NCBI GenBank assembly: GCA_021776825.1
Contig: JAJFFG010000128.1
Location: 353 to 64,352, forward strand
Reading direction: 5' to 3'
DNA length: 64,000 nucleotides
Source of the DNA: Planctomycetota bacterium
GTDB taxonomy: Bacteria > Planctomycetota > JAJSAM01 > JAJVHW01
A program made the position numbers and the translations under genes. The first letter of the stretch is position 1. Every line of letters begins with the position of its first letter. The notes beneath the pieces were generated by a model, which saw only the letters and a list, made by a program, of their open reading frames with translations, ran no database searches and was not told where the DNA came from. Positions 9,004-19,016 of the stretch are shown piece by piece.

Positions 9004-10703
9004 CCCTGCTGCAGAAGGAGTGGCGCGACGCCCGCGCAATCACGCTGGCGTCGGCGATCCTGGCGCCCCTCGCGCTCGTCGCCGCGGAGCACTGGTTTCT
9101 TCGGGAGCAGTACGCCGAGTTCGCGGCGGTCGTGCTGGTGCCCGGCCTGATCGGACTGTTCGCCGCGGTCATCGCGTCGGACGTGATCGCTGCCGACGTC
9201 TCGACGCGCCGCTCCCATTCGATGGCCGCGCTGCCGACCAGCGCCCGCACGCTCTGGCTCTCCAAAGTGGTCGCGCTCGTCGCGTTGACGCTCCTCTTCG
9301 GCGCGTGGGTGCATCTGTTCGAGATTCTGCACTACGGGTTCGCTCAGTCGTGGGACCGCGCCTCCGCGTTCACCGCGGGCATCCCGGCCGGTCTCACGAA
9401 CCTGGTCATCGCCGTTCCCATCGTCGCGGCTGTGCTCCTGTTCTCGACACTCCTCGAACGCGGGTTCGCCTGCGTATGCGGCGGCGTGGTCCTCATCGTC
9501 GGCATCGCCGCCTCGGCGTTCCTGGTGGACTGGCACGCTCTCGAGTTCGTCCCGACCGAGACGGAGGCGCGCTGGGTCGGCGTGCTGCTGGCCGCGGTGT
9601 TCTTGGGCGGCTCTGCCATGGCGTTCATCCGCGGACCGGTGCATGTGGCGTCACTCCTGCGGCGCTCGGTGCTGGCGTTTGCTTTGCCCCTGGCCGTGCT
9701 CGTACCGACCACCGTCGCCACCGCCGCGGTGCTCGTCGAACGGCGCAGTGTCGAACCGGGTGACCCGGACGTCACCCTGAAGCTGATCGAGACGTCGGAC
9801 GACGGCGAGCATCTCATCCTGAACGCCTGGAGGCGCCGCCGAGACGCCCAGCACCGCACGTGGGTTCTGCACGTCCCGACCGGACGCATCACACAGCTAC
9901 CGCACACGAATCTCACTCTGGACCAGCGCATCCGCTGGACGGACGAGGGCCACCTCAGAATGTGGCAGCATGAGCGCCCCAGTCGCTTCAGTCGGAAGCT
10001 CGAACCGACGCTCCACCGCACGATCGATCTGGCGACGGGCCAGGTGGTGCGAACGCGCTCCTACGATCAGGTGGTCGCCGACGAAGGGAACAACCCGTTC
10101 GCCTACGACACCGGATGGGGACGGATCGAGCGTCGCCCCGAGAAGCAGATCATCCAGTGGCACGGTCACGACCTCGATGTCGAGGTCCAGCAGCGCGTTC
10201 CGGTGCAGCTGTCGCGCAAGCCCGGCTTCGCCGTGCACACGCAGTCCGCTGCGCGGGGCGCCGCGACGCAAGTGGTGCTTCACGACCTGCGTGCCGGGAC
10301 ATCCAAGGTCGTCGTCGAGCGGGCCGGCACCTGCAACACGTACTTCTCGCCGAAGGGGGAGTACCTGCGGGTCCTCTCGAGCTCGCGCTGCGTGATCGTG
10401 CGTGTGCGCGACGGCAACGTCGCGTGGGACGGCGCGCGCTCCGGGTGCTTCCCGCACTGGGGCGGCGGCTCCGTCGATCGGTTCGCGCTGCTCTTCGGAA
10501 GTGACGTCCCGACGCGAGTCCTCGACCTCGAAACCGGCCAGGAACGCGAGCTCGCCGAGAACCCCAATTCCTACGGCGCACCTTGGGACCTCGTCCACGC
10601 CCGTGCGTCGGGCGAGATCGTCCAGATCCACAGCGACGGCTCGATCCGGCTCCACGAGTCGGACGGCGATGAGCGAACCCTCTACAGCCCGAGAAAGGAG
10701 TAG
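8988..10703 (+). CDS. ABC-2-type permease-like 7-TM protein with a roughly 320-aa C-terminal periplasmic beta-propeller-like domain
   Basis: GTG 8988 lies 6 nt after a GAGGAGG Shine-Dalgarno. Seven hydrophobic helices, then a W/G/D-rich repeat domain. Paralog of the next gene. Confidence 0.7.
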   Translation: MRCFLTLLQKEWRDARAITLASAILAPLALVAAEHWFLREQYAEFAAVVLVPGLIGLFAAVIASDVIAADVSTRRSHSMAALPTSARTLWLSKVVALVALTLLFGAWVHLFEILHYGFAQSWDRASAFTAGIPAGLTNLVIAVPIVAAVLLFSTLLERGFACVCGGVVLIVGIAASAFLVDWHALEFVPTETEARWVGVLLAAVFLGGSAMAFIRGPVHVASLLRRSVLAFALPLAVLVPTTVATAAVLVERRSVEPGDPDVTLKLIETSDDGEHLILNAWRRRRDAQHRTWVLHVPTGRITQLPHTNLTLDQRIRWTDEGHLRMWQHERPSRFSRKLEPTLHRTIDLATGQVVRTRSYDQVVADEGNNPFAYDTGWGRIERRPEKQIIQWHGHDLDVEVQQRVPVQLSRKPGFAVHTQSAARGAATQVVLHDLRAGTSKVVVERAGTCNTYFSPKGEYLRVLSSSRCVIVRVRDGNVAWDGARSGCFPHWGGGSVDRFALLFGSDVPTRVLDLETGQERELAENPNSYGAPWDLVHARASGEIVQIHSDGSIRLHESDGDERTLYSPRKE

Positions 10704-10705
10704 AC

Positions 10706-12475
10706 ATGCGCGCGTTCTCGGCCCTGATCGACAAGGAGTGGCGCGCCGCGCGCCCGATCGTCTTCGCGTCGATGGTGCTCGCCGTGCTCTTCACGCTCGG
10801 CGTCAACCACTGGGCATTCCACTGGCAAGAGCCGGACCTCACCGGACGCTGGATCGTCCCCGGCCTCACCGCGCTGTTCACGGCAGTGATCGCCGCCGAC
10901 CTCGTCTCTGCGGAGCGCGGCGCCGGCCGTGACCGAGCGTTCGCCACGCTGCCGGTGCGCGGACGCACTCTGTGGGCCGCCAAGGTCGCGTTTCTGGTCG
11001 CGGCCGTGACGACGTTCGCCTCGTTCGCCATCCTCTTGCAGCTCGTCGGCCACGCATTTCTCGCGCAGCCGCAGATCGCGCTCGAGGTGTTCCCCGCGGC
11101 CGCAGACGGCATCCCGTTCATCCCCGTGATCATCGGCGTGGGCGGCACCGTGCTGTTCTTCTCGACCCTCGTGCCGCGCGGGTTCGCGGCCGCCGTCGCC
11201 GGGATGGTCGTCGTCGCCGCCGCCGTGTGGGCCCCGTTCCAGCCCGACTGGACCGCCTACGACCTCCAGCCGTCGAAGGCGATCCTGCTCACGGCATCCG
11301 GCGTGCTCGGGACCCTGCTCGCGATCGGCTCGCTGAACGTGTTCGCCCGCGGACCGATCCACTCCGCCGGCTGGGTCCGGCGCTCGTGCCTAGCCCTGAT
11401 CATCCCCGTCGCGGTGCTCGGCGTCGCCGGCACGGCAACCGCCGCGACGCTCTCGTCATGGATGGCGATGCCGCTCGGCGAGACCCCGATCGCCGCGATG
11501 GTCGCGTCCCCGGACGGGAAGCTCTTGGCGGTCACGTTGGCTCGCCAGGGTCGGCGCCAGCGACACGTCTGGATCGTGCCCACCGATGGCGGCGCCGCCG
11601 TCGCGGTCGATGGACACCGCGTCCTGTTCGACACGGACGCGTGGCAGCCGGACGGCACGCTGCGGGTGTGGACGCACCAGGTGAGTGTCAATGGTCACCA
11701 CTATCAGGATCCGCGCCCGGTGCTGCGCCAAGACGTCAACCCGCGAACGGGCATTCCCACGCGCAGCCTCACCGCGAACAAGCACGTCGAGGAGACCAAC
11801 CGCCACGCCGGGCCGCGGAAGCTCATCTACGGTGTCCGCGACTGGACGGACCGGGGCGTCTGGGGCCAGCTGCTTCCGGATCGGACAACCCGCGAGTACC
11901 GGATCGTCGCCAAGCATCTGAATCTCGACGTGACGGTGCGGAGCGTGGCCCATGCGCGCATCTCGGCCCGACCGGGCTGCCTGCTGTTCACGCCGGAACT
12001 CGGAGTACTCCTGCACCGCGATCTGCGGACTGGAGAGGACCTGCTCCGCATCGAGGGCACCGACTACATCTCGGCGACCACGTCGGGTGACGGGCGGCTG
12101 CTCCACGTGTTCGAACAATTTCCCGACGGTCGCAAGGTCGTCCGCATCCTGGACGCCGACACGGGCGCCCGAGTCGCGGGACCGTTCGGGGCCGTGAAGT
12201 CCGGAGACGACCCGCGGTCGGGTGTCCGCCCTTATCAGCTCGGACCCGATGTCAGTGACTGGGTGCTGCTGTACGACACGGCCGGCGGTCGCGGCAAGCT
12301 GCTCAACGTGCGCACGAAGGCCGAGCGGCCGTGGACATGGACCTCAGGCGGGAACGGTTGGCCGCCACCGATCGCCTGCACCGTCCCCGGCCTCGGGACC
12401 GCGTTCTCCGTGGACGGCCGCATCGAGATCCGCGACGACCGTGGCGAGCTCGTCCGCACGCTGCTCACCGACTGA
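10706..12475 (+). CDS. Paralogous ABC-2-type permease-like 7-TM protein with C-terminal periplasmic beta-propeller-like domain
   Basis: AAGGAG-tagac-ATG. N-terminus MRAFSALIDKEWRAARPI is parallel to MRCFLTLLQKEWRDARAI of the preceding gene. Confidence 0.7.
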   Translation: MRAFSALIDKEWRAARPIVFASMVLAVLFTLGVNHWAFHWQEPDLTGRWIVPGLTALFTAVIAADLVSAERGAGRDRAFATLPVRGRTLWAAKVAFLVAAVTTFASFAILLQLVGHAFLAQPQIALEVFPAAADGIPFIPVIIGVGGTVLFFSTLVPRGFAAAVAGMVVVAAAVWAPFQPDWTAYDLQPSKAILLTASGVLGTLLAIGSLNVFARGPIHSAGWVRRSCLALIIPVAVLGVAGTATAATLSSWMAMPLGETPIAAMVASPDGKLLAVTLARQGRRQRHVWIVPTDGGAAVAVDGHRVLFDTDAWQPDGTLRVWTHQVSVNGHHYQDPRPVLRQDVNPRTGIPTRSLTANKHVEETNRHAGPRKLIYGVRDWTDRGVWGQLLPDRTTREYRIVAKHLNLDVTVRSVAHARISARPGCLLFTPELGVLLHRDLRTGEDLLRIEGTDYISATTSGDGRLLHVFEQFPDGRKVVRILDADTGARVAGPFGAVKSGDDPRSGVRPYQLGPDVSDWVLLYDTAGGRGKLLNVRTKAERPWTWTSGGNGWPPPIACTVPGLGTAFSVDGRIEIRDDRGELVRTLLTD

Positions 12476-12533
12476 CGTCGTCTCCTGGCGGTGTCTCTCT
12501 TGACCGGGAGCGCCGCGGTATCCTCGACCCGCG

Positions 12534-14171
12534 ATGCGTCGCGCGCTCCCCCTCGTCATCCTGCTGCTTCTCGCTGGGATCGGAGTCTGGACCCTGCTCG
12601 GCCCCGACGACACGGGGCCGCCGCCACGCGACGCGCCGGCGACGACCGAGCGCGCCGAGCCTCCCGAACGACGCCGAGCGCAGCCCGATCCGGAACCGCC
12701 GCCGGAGCCTCCCCCACCTCCGAGCGAGCCAGGTGAGTGGACGGTCCGCGTGCTGGGACGCGACGACGTCCCGGTCCCCGGCGCCACCGTCGTCGTCGGC
12801 GTGGCGCGGTCAGACCTGGACCATCGCAACGCGAACGACGAGCGAGTCACCACCGGGCTGACCGACTCCGACGGAGCGCTGTCGTTCGAGGCGCCGGCGG
12901 ACGAGCGTGAGTACGAGGCCGCGACCGGTCTCGACCCGCAGGTGCGGGCGCCCTTCGCCAGCGGAGTGGCGACGCTGCGTGTGCCGCGCGGCGTGCCGAT
13001 GTCGATCCGTGTCGTCGACTCCGAGACCGGAGAGATCGTCGCGACCGACATCGATCTCGTGCGGACATCGTTCATCGGCACCGTGCTGGCGCGTCAGACA
13101 CTCCCCCGACGTGGCTCGGAGACGTACGTCGGCGCCACCACGGCCGAGCCCGGTGGGGAGATCGCGCTGAAGCTGCGGCCAGACGCCCAGGCGGGATACG
13201 TCGTTGCGTCGAATACCTCCCACTTCGCGAACCTGAGCATTCGGACGCGCGCGCTGCGCGTCACCGTACCGATCCGGCCCCAGGCGAAGCTGCGCGTGCG
13301 CGTTCTCGACCACCTCGATCAGCCCGTCGAGGGTGCCGAGATCAAGAGGGTGCAGATCTCGGGGACGCCGCATCCGTACCGCGCCGCCGCAACGGACGCC
13401 CGCGGCGAGACGGGGCTCCGTGACGTCATGTTCATCCGCGGCAACCGCATTCGTGTGCGCGCCGCAAAGGGGAGGCTCTGGGCGTGGTCTGCTCCGTTCC
13501 GTCCCGCACACAACGACGAGTCGCTGCTCCTCACGGTCCGCCTTCCCGAGGTGGAGCCGGTCGACTTCGGCGGCCCGAGCAACGGCATGATCGGGATCGG
13601 GGGCGGAGCCGGCCCGGACGCACGCACGGTCGCCGAGAAGGACCTGACCTCCATCACGCTCCGCGTCGTCGCCGCCGACGGTACGCGCCCCGAGAACGTG
13701 CGCGTCTGGATCAAGGCCGAGGGCCAACGACAACTCCGCCACGCCCGCACGGACGAGAACGGTGACGCGGTGTTCGAGCGGCTGCGGCCCGGCACGTACC
13801 ACGCCGCATCGGCCGATCCGGGCATGGTGCCGGCGTCGGGCACCGTCACGACAGAGCCCGGCGAGCACGCGTCGCTGCTGCTTCGCGAGACCGCAGGCCG
13901 CATGCTGAGCGTGCTCGTGCTCGACAAGGACGGCAACCCCTTCTCCCACGCACGGGTCTACGTCGGTGTCGACGTCCACGGGCAGCGTATCGCCGTCCAG
14001 CGCGTCGTCGATGGCGTCCAGGACGTGCCGCTGCTCGCCGACGCAGACGGGCGGGTGATCCTGACGAACGCCCCAGAGGGCACGCTCGTCGTCAACGCCA
14101 GCTACGGAGCTCTGAACGAGGGCACAGAGTCGGACGCCCAGGACGTCGAGATCACGCTCGGCGGCGACTGA
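12534..14171 (+). CDS. Secreted/signal-anchored CarboxypepD_reg-like repeat protein, tandem paralog 1
   Basis: Anchor MRRALPLVILLLLAGIGVW. Pro-rich linker, then repeated beta-sandwich motifs. C-terminus VDGVQDVPLLADADGRVILTNAPEGTLVVNASYG is shared with paralogs 2 and 3. Confidence 0.7.
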   Translation: MRRALPLVILLLLAGIGVWTLLGPDDTGPPPRDAPATTERAEPPERRRAQPDPEPPPEPPPPPSEPGEWTVRVLGRDDVPVPGATVVVGVARSDLDHRNANDERVTTGLTDSDGALSFEAPADEREYEAATGLDPQVRAPFASGVATLRVPRGVPMSIRVVDSETGEIVATDIDLVRTSFIGTVLARQTLPRRGSETYVGATTAEPGGEIALKLRPDAQAGYVVASNTSHFANLSIRTRALRVTVPIRPQAKLRVRVLDHLDQPVEGAEIKRVQISGTPHPYRAAATDARGETGLRDVMFIRGNRIRVRAAKGRLWAWSAPFRPAHNDESLLLTVRLPEVEPVDFGGPSNGMIGIGGGAGPDARTVAEKDLTSITLRVVAADGTRPENVRVWIKAEGQRQLRHARTDENGDAVFERLRPGTYHAASADPGMVPASGTVTTEPGEHASLLLRETAGRMLSVLVLDKDGNPFSHARVYVGVDVHGQRIAVQRVVDGVQDVPLLADADGRVILTNAPEGTLVVNASYGALNEGTESDAQDVEITLGGD

Positions 14172-14200
14172 GCGGGCGCGACGGCGTACGCTCGGGACGG

Positions 14201-15850
14201 ATGCGACGCCTGACTCTCCCGCTGCTGCTTGTGCTCCTCGCGGTGATCGTGGCGCTCGTGATGTGCGAGCCGACAGCGGTGGAGCCGGTCGACGGGCCGG
14301 CCGAGCGAGCCAGCGAAGCCGAGATCGATCCGAGCCCGGACGAACTACCTGGGCGACGTGAGCGCGCTCGCGCGCCGCGGGTTGCCACAGCCAACCGCGC
14401 GCCGGCGGCCGTCGACGAGACCGCGACCGGACAGTGGCGCATCCGCGTGCTCGGCCGCGACGACGCCCCGATCGCTGGCGTACGGGTCGAGGTCACGGAG
14501 GAGACCCCCGAGGAACAGGGGGCGGTCCTCGAGATGCAGTCGACCCACCGGACGGACGCCAACGGAGTCACGTACGCCGACCCACTGCCCGCCGGCAGCA
14601 CGGGGACCGTGCGTTGCGACAACCTCGAGACCGCGGCGGTGCCGTACGAGCCGGAGACCGTGCTCCGGATCGAAGACGCGTTGCCCGTGACCGTCGCGCC
14701 CGTCGACGGCTGGTCGGGCGCGCCCCTCCCGGTCGACGTCCTGCTCCTCGGTTCGGCCACTCCGCTCGCCCTCGAACGCGATGGCGCGCTTCGACGCGTG
14801 GCGGCGTCGCCCGTGCGGCCCGGTCGCACGGGCCACCTGGCGTTCCGCATCGAAGCCGCACCCGAACGGTCCATCCCGTGGACCACCGTCGCATGGGGCG
14901 AGATCAGCGCACTCGCGGACGAGCTGCACGTGACGGCGGCCGTGCCACGGGAGGTGCAGCTCACCGTGCGTGTCACCGACTCGAGCGATCTACCGGTGGC
15001 GGGCGCGGAGCTCGCCGACGTGCACCGAGGCGGCTGGATCGACGACGTGATGGCCGGCGTGGCGAGCGACGCGGCCGGAGTCCTCGTCGTGCGTCGGACG
15101 CCGTTCTTTCGCGGGGACCGCATCGCCGTCGGTGTGTTCCTCGCCAATCGCTACGCGGTCTCGAACGAGATCGTGCTGCGCGAGGTCGATCAGGCGATCA
15201 GGCTCCACGCCCACGTCCCCGACGACGCGGACCCGAAGGTCTCCGATCACAACGAGGTCGACGTCGAGAGCCCCGACTACCGGAGGCCGTCGCGGTGGCT
15301 CGATGAGGCCGGAGCCGCATCACTGCACGTCCAGGTGAGGACGCGTCGGGGAGAGCGCGCGTGGATACCCGTCTCGGTCCTGACGGACGGCCAGCCGCGC
15401 GATCGCGGGTGGCGTGTCTGGACGGATGCTCACGGCGTCGCCGAGTTCCGTGGACTCCCGCCAGGACGCTGCAAGGTCATCGTGACCGACCCCGGGCTGA
15501 CGTGCTCGGTCACGGACGTCACGCTCGGCACCGGAGAAGCGCGGCGACTCGAGGTGCGCGATCCCGCGGGTCGACCACTCACCATCCGTGTCGTCGACCA
15601 CGATGGCGTCGCGCTCCCGTTTGCGGAGCTCCGCCTCTCCCGCGACGTTGCGGTGGGGTTCCCCAACGTGCGTGTCGCGCACGTGGTCGACGGGGTCCAA
15701 CACCTTCCCATCGTGACGGACCAGCATGGCGTGCTGCGCCTGACGGACGCTCCGCCGGGCGAGATCGAGATCATGGCTCGCTACGGGCATCGCTCTGCCA
15801 CCGTCGACGGGGCAGCGTCGGAGATCGTCGTGCGGCTGCCCGAGCGCTGA
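14201..15850 (+). CDS. CarboxypepD_reg-like repeat protein, tandem paralog 2
   Basis: MRRLTLPLLLVLLAVIVALVMCEP. C-terminus VDGVQHLPIVTDQHGVLRLTDAPPGEIEIMARYGHRS. Confidence 0.7.
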   Translation: MRRLTLPLLLVLLAVIVALVMCEPTAVEPVDGPAERASEAEIDPSPDELPGRRERARAPRVATANRAPAAVDETATGQWRIRVLGRDDAPIAGVRVEVTEETPEEQGAVLEMQSTHRTDANGVTYADPLPAGSTGTVRCDNLETAAVPYEPETVLRIEDALPVTVAPVDGWSGAPLPVDVLLLGSATPLALERDGALRRVAASPVRPGRTGHLAFRIEAAPERSIPWTTVAWGEISALADELHVTAAVPREVQLTVRVTDSSDLPVAGAELADVHRGGWIDDVMAGVASDAAGVLVVRRTPFFRGDRIAVGVFLANRYAVSNEIVLREVDQAIRLHAHVPDDADPKVSDHNEVDVESPDYRRPSRWLDEAGAASLHVQVRTRRGERAWIPVSVLTDGQPRDRGWRVWTDAHGVAEFRGLPPGRCKVIVTDPGLTCSVTDVTLGTGEARRLEVRDPAGRPLTIRVVDHDGVALPFAELRLSRDVAVGFPNVRVAHVVDGVQHLPIVTDQHGVLRLTDAPPGEIEIMARYGHRSATVDGAASEIVVRLPER

Positions 15851-15929
15851 GTGGCGAGGCTCCGGCGTCCTGCCCAATGCCCCGCCGAGAACGCGCGTCG
15901 GTCGCGCGGGCTGAAGCGCCCCCAACGAA

Positions 15930-16060
15930 GGCGCGGAGCCGGACGCGGGGGCGTCGAGATCACGCTCGGCGGCGACGAAGCGGGCGCGGGGCCGTACGCT
16001 CGGGACCGATGCGACGCCTGACTCTTCCGCTGCTGCTCGTGCTCCTCGCGGTCATCGCCG
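15930..16060. repeat. Duplication junction: relic of the 3' end of paralog 1 plus the paralog 2 leader, repeated upstream of paralog 3
   Basis: ...gtcgagatcacgctcggcggcgac[t/g]a[g/a]cgggcgcg...gtacgctcgggac.gatgcgacgcctgactct.ccgctgctgct.gtgctcctcgcggt is present at both 14140-14260 and 15945-16060. Confidence 0.75.
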
Positions 16061-17676
16061 CACTCGTCACGTGCGAGCCGACCCCGGTGGACAACCAGCG
16101 CGAACCGGCAGGCGAGGCTCACGCGTCAGCCGTCACTCCGGACCGTGCCGAACGGAATCGGGTCGCTGTCGCGGAGCAGCCGGCATCGTCTTCCCCCGCA
16201 CGGGACACCGACACGGAGGACAACGGCCCGGAACCGTGGCGCATCCGCATCGTCGGCCCGCACGGCGACCCGCTGTCTGGGGTCATCGTGGACGCATTCG
16301 CGCTGAAGCCGACCGACGATGGAGAGTTCATCGAGGACCAGATCGCGCGTCGCGCCACGAACTCCGAGGGTATCGCGTACGCGGCCGCTCTCCCGGCGGG
16401 CATGACGGGCGTCGTCCGCTGTAACTGGCTTGGCATGCTGACGGCGCCCTACGAGCGCGAGACGCTCCTGCGGGTCGAGGGGGCCCTTCGCGTGACGGTG
16501 GCGCCGGTGGACGCCAGCACCGGCCGGGCCGTCGACGCCGACATCGTCCTGGTGCAACGCGACTTCCCGCACGAACGCGGGGAGATCGAGACGACGCTCG
16601 CACGAGAGGGGGCACTGCGCGTGCTCGCGGCGGCGCCGCTCCAGGCGGGCGGTCATGCGAGTCTGACGTTCCGCGTCACGCCGACCGCCGGGTATCTCAC
16701 CGGGCACGGCGTCTGGGTGTCTGAGGAACTCAGTGCCCTCGCCGAGGAGCTCCACATCAGCGCTCCGATCCGACGGGAGGTGCAGCTCAGAGCACGTGTC
16801 TCGGACGACGACGGATCGGCTGTTGCCGGCGCGCGCCTCCGCGGCGTACTGCGCAATGGCGTGGCAATCCACTTCCTCGCCGCTGAGACCGGCGCTGACG
16901 GCGTCCTGGTCGTCCGGGGGCTCTCCTTCTTCCGCGGCGACCGGTTCGCGGTCGTCGCCGGGACCGATGAGCGCTGGGCGCAGTCGGAGACCTTCCTGCT
17001 CACCGACCCGGACCAGGAGTTCGACCTTCCGATTCGACTGCCAGAGACCTCGCCGGAGGCGTCGTGGCGGCCGCCGGAAAACGAGGACTTCTACGGGCCC
17101 GGTTGCGGGAGGCGCGGCGGGAACTGGCTCGGCGAGGACGACGACGCCGTGTTGCGCGTCCTCGCGCTCACACGCCGCGGGGAGCGCGCGGGCGTCGAGG
17201 TGGTGGTCGTCACGTCCGGGCAACCTCCCGATCGGCGCTGGAGGGTCGACACGGGCGCCGACGGCCTGGCGCTCTTCCCGAGACTCCCGCCGGGGCAGTT
17301 CGACATCATCGTCTCCGACCCGGGGATCACGGCGTCGCACACGCGGATCGACCTCGGCCCGGGCGAGCAACGCCATCTCACGCTGCGAGAGCCGGCCGGC
17401 CGGCCGCGGACGATCCGTGTCCTCGACAACGACGGCGCAGCCATCCCGTTCGCGCGGCTATCTCTCTCGCGGGAGGTTCACGAGATCGGCACCGTCCGTG
17501 TGGCCCACCTCGTCGACGGAGTGCAGCATCTGCCCATCGTGACGGACGCGCTCGGCGTCCTCCGCCTCACGAACGCGCCCCCCGGCGAGCTCCGCGTGGT
17601 GGCCCGCTACGGATCTCGCTCATCCGAGGCGACGAGCGAAGCGAGCGAGATCGTCATCCGGCTGCCCGAACGCTGA
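16009..17676 (+). CDS. CarboxypepD_reg-like repeat protein, tandem paralog 3
   Basis: ATG at 16009 (internal to ORF 15361..17676). MRRLTLPLLLVLLAVIAALVTCEP. C-terminus VDGVQHLPIVTDALGVLRLTNAPPGELRVVARYGSRS. Confidence 0.7.
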   Translation: MRRLTLPLLLVLLAVIAALVTCEPTPVDNQREPAGEAHASAVTPDRAERNRVAVAEQPASSSPARDTDTEDNGPEPWRIRIVGPHGDPLSGVIVDAFALKPTDDGEFIEDQIARRATNSEGIAYAAALPAGMTGVVRCNWLGMLTAPYERETLLRVEGALRVTVAPVDASTGRAVDADIVLVQRDFPHERGEIETTLAREGALRVLAAAPLQAGGHASLTFRVTPTAGYLTGHGVWVSEELSALAEELHISAPIRREVQLRARVSDDDGSAVAGARLRGVLRNGVAIHFLAAETGADGVLVVRGLSFFRGDRFAVVAGTDERWAQSETFLLTDPDQEFDLPIRLPETSPEASWRPPENEDFYGPGCGRRGGNWLGEDDDAVLRVLALTRRGERAGVEVVVVTSGQPPDRRWRVDTGADGLALFPRLPPGQFDIIVSDPGITASHTRIDLGPGEQRHLTLREPAGRPRTIRVLDNDGAAIPFARLSLSREVHEIGTVRVAHLVDGVQHLPIVTDALGVLRLTNAPPGELRVVARYGSRSSEATSEASEIVIRLPER

Positions 17677-17694
17677 CCGGAGACGACGCTCCCC

Positions 17695-18474
17695 TCAGCG
17701 ACGTCGGCGACGGCGCGAGCGACCCGCGGACGCGGCGGGGCCGTAGGCCTGCGCGCAGCCCACGATCATCAGCAGCGACCAGGCGGCCCACGACATCAGG
17801 ATCAGCAACATGAACTGGCCGACCATGCCGATCTCGGCGAGCAGCTCGCGCGGCGTGAAGATGAAGACGACCGCGCAGAACCCGAACGACAAGACGAGCG
17901 TCGCGATGCGCACGGCGATCGCCCACCCCTGCATCAGGAAGCAGCCGACGTCGAGCAGCAGGCACACGAGCGCGTACATCATCGCGAGGATGTTGAACGT
18001 GAGCATCGAGCTCACGAGCGTCAGGCCCAGCACTAAGCAGTCGAGCACCAGCAGCACCGCCATGAAGAGTGGCGGAGTGGGCCGGATGGGCGCGCGATCG
18101 TCGAGAGGGCGCCGCCGGGGGCGCTCACGCGCTGCGGGCGCCGCGGCCGGAGCCGGCGCCTGACGCTGCGTGTTCGCCGCGGACTCGAACCGGACCACGC
18201 GCTTGGCCGGATACTCGTGCACGGGCTCTCGGTCTGGCTCGCGTGCTGGCTCGACGCGACTGCGCGCGGCGGCGGGCTGCTCCGTGCTCGGCTGGTCAGC
18301 GCTGGGTTGGTCGGCGCTGGACTGGTCGGCGCTGGGCTGGGCTGGGCTGGGCTGGGCGACGCTGGATTCGGCTGGGCTGGGCTGGTCGGGCCCGTAGTGC
18401 TCGACGAACCCGTCGTCGGTCTCCTCGACCCGACGGACGTTCCTCTTCTTCGGTCGGCGTCTGCGTTCGTCCAC
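17695..18474 (-). CDS. Membrane protein with a low-complexity (Q/S)PSADQ repeat N-terminus and 4-5 C-terminal TM helices (hypothetical)
   Basis: QPSPAQPSADQSSADQPSADQPSTEQP is encoded by the gctgggctg / ctggtcggcgctgg tandem DNA repeats at 18285-18395. Convergent with paralog 3. Confidence 0.5.
   Translation of the reverse strand: MDERRRRPKKRNVRRVEETDDGFVEHYGPDQPSPAESSVAQPSPAQPSADQSSADQPSADQPSTEQPAAARSRVEPAREPDREPVHEYPAKRVVRFESAANTQRQAPAPAAAPAARERPRRRPLDDRAPIRPTPPLFMAVLLVLDCLVLGLTLVSSMLTFNILAMMYALVCLLLDVGCFLMQGWAIAVRIATLVLSFGFCAVVFIFTPRELLAEIGMVGQFMLLILMSWAAWSLLMIVGCAQAYGPAASAGRSRRRRRR
18285..18395. repeat. Tandem short DNA repeats (ctggtcggcgctgg / gctgggctg units) encoding the QPSADQ tract
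   Basis: Visible as iterated gctgg units. Confidence 0.7.
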
Positions 18475-18487
18475 GTCGCCGCTCAGC

Positions 18488-18961
18488 CTACCAACGGTGA
18501 TACGCCGGGTGCCCCGGCTTCACGGCCACGAACACGCCACGACACGATGCCGTCACCTTGCCGTCGGCCTCGAGCGTCCCCTCGACGGTGGCGCGGTCGG
18601 CCCCAGCCTCGACGACCCGGGCACGAAGCGTCAGTTCCTCGCCGAGCGGCGTGGGGCGCCGCAGCTTGATCGTGTACTCGGCCGTCACGGTGCACGGCGG
18701 CCCGTCCGCGCTGGTCTCCGAATTGGCCGCCGCACGCAGGTGTTCGGCAGCGGTCCAGTTGCAGTGGCAGTCCAGCAGCGCCCCGACGATGCCGCCGTTC
18801 AGCATGCCCGGGAACGCCTGGTGGTGCTCGGCGGCGGTCCAGCGGCAGACGACCTCGTCGCCCTCGACGAAGCTCTTGATGCGCAGGCCGACCTCGTTGG
18901 CCGGTCCGCATCCGAAGCAGGCACTCTGCGGTGCGTAGGTGTCCTGCAGGCTCGTGCTCAT
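18488..18961 (-). CDS. PaaI/4HBT-type hotdog-fold thioesterase
   Basis: ATG at 18961 (MSTSLQ). MLNGGIVGALLD motif. Confidence 0.75.
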   Translation of the reverse strand: MSTSLQDTYAPQSACFGCGPANEVGLRIKSFVEGDEVVCRWTAAEHHQAFPGMLNGGIVGALLDCHCNWTAAEHLRAAANSETSADGPPCTVTAEYTIKLRRPTPLGEELTLRARVVEAGADRATVEGTLEADGKVTASCRGVFVAVKPGHPAYHRW

Positions 18962-19016
18962 GCGCTGTCTCCCGTCGACGCGTAGCATCGCACGCAGCGA
19001 GGAAGGGGCGCGATCG

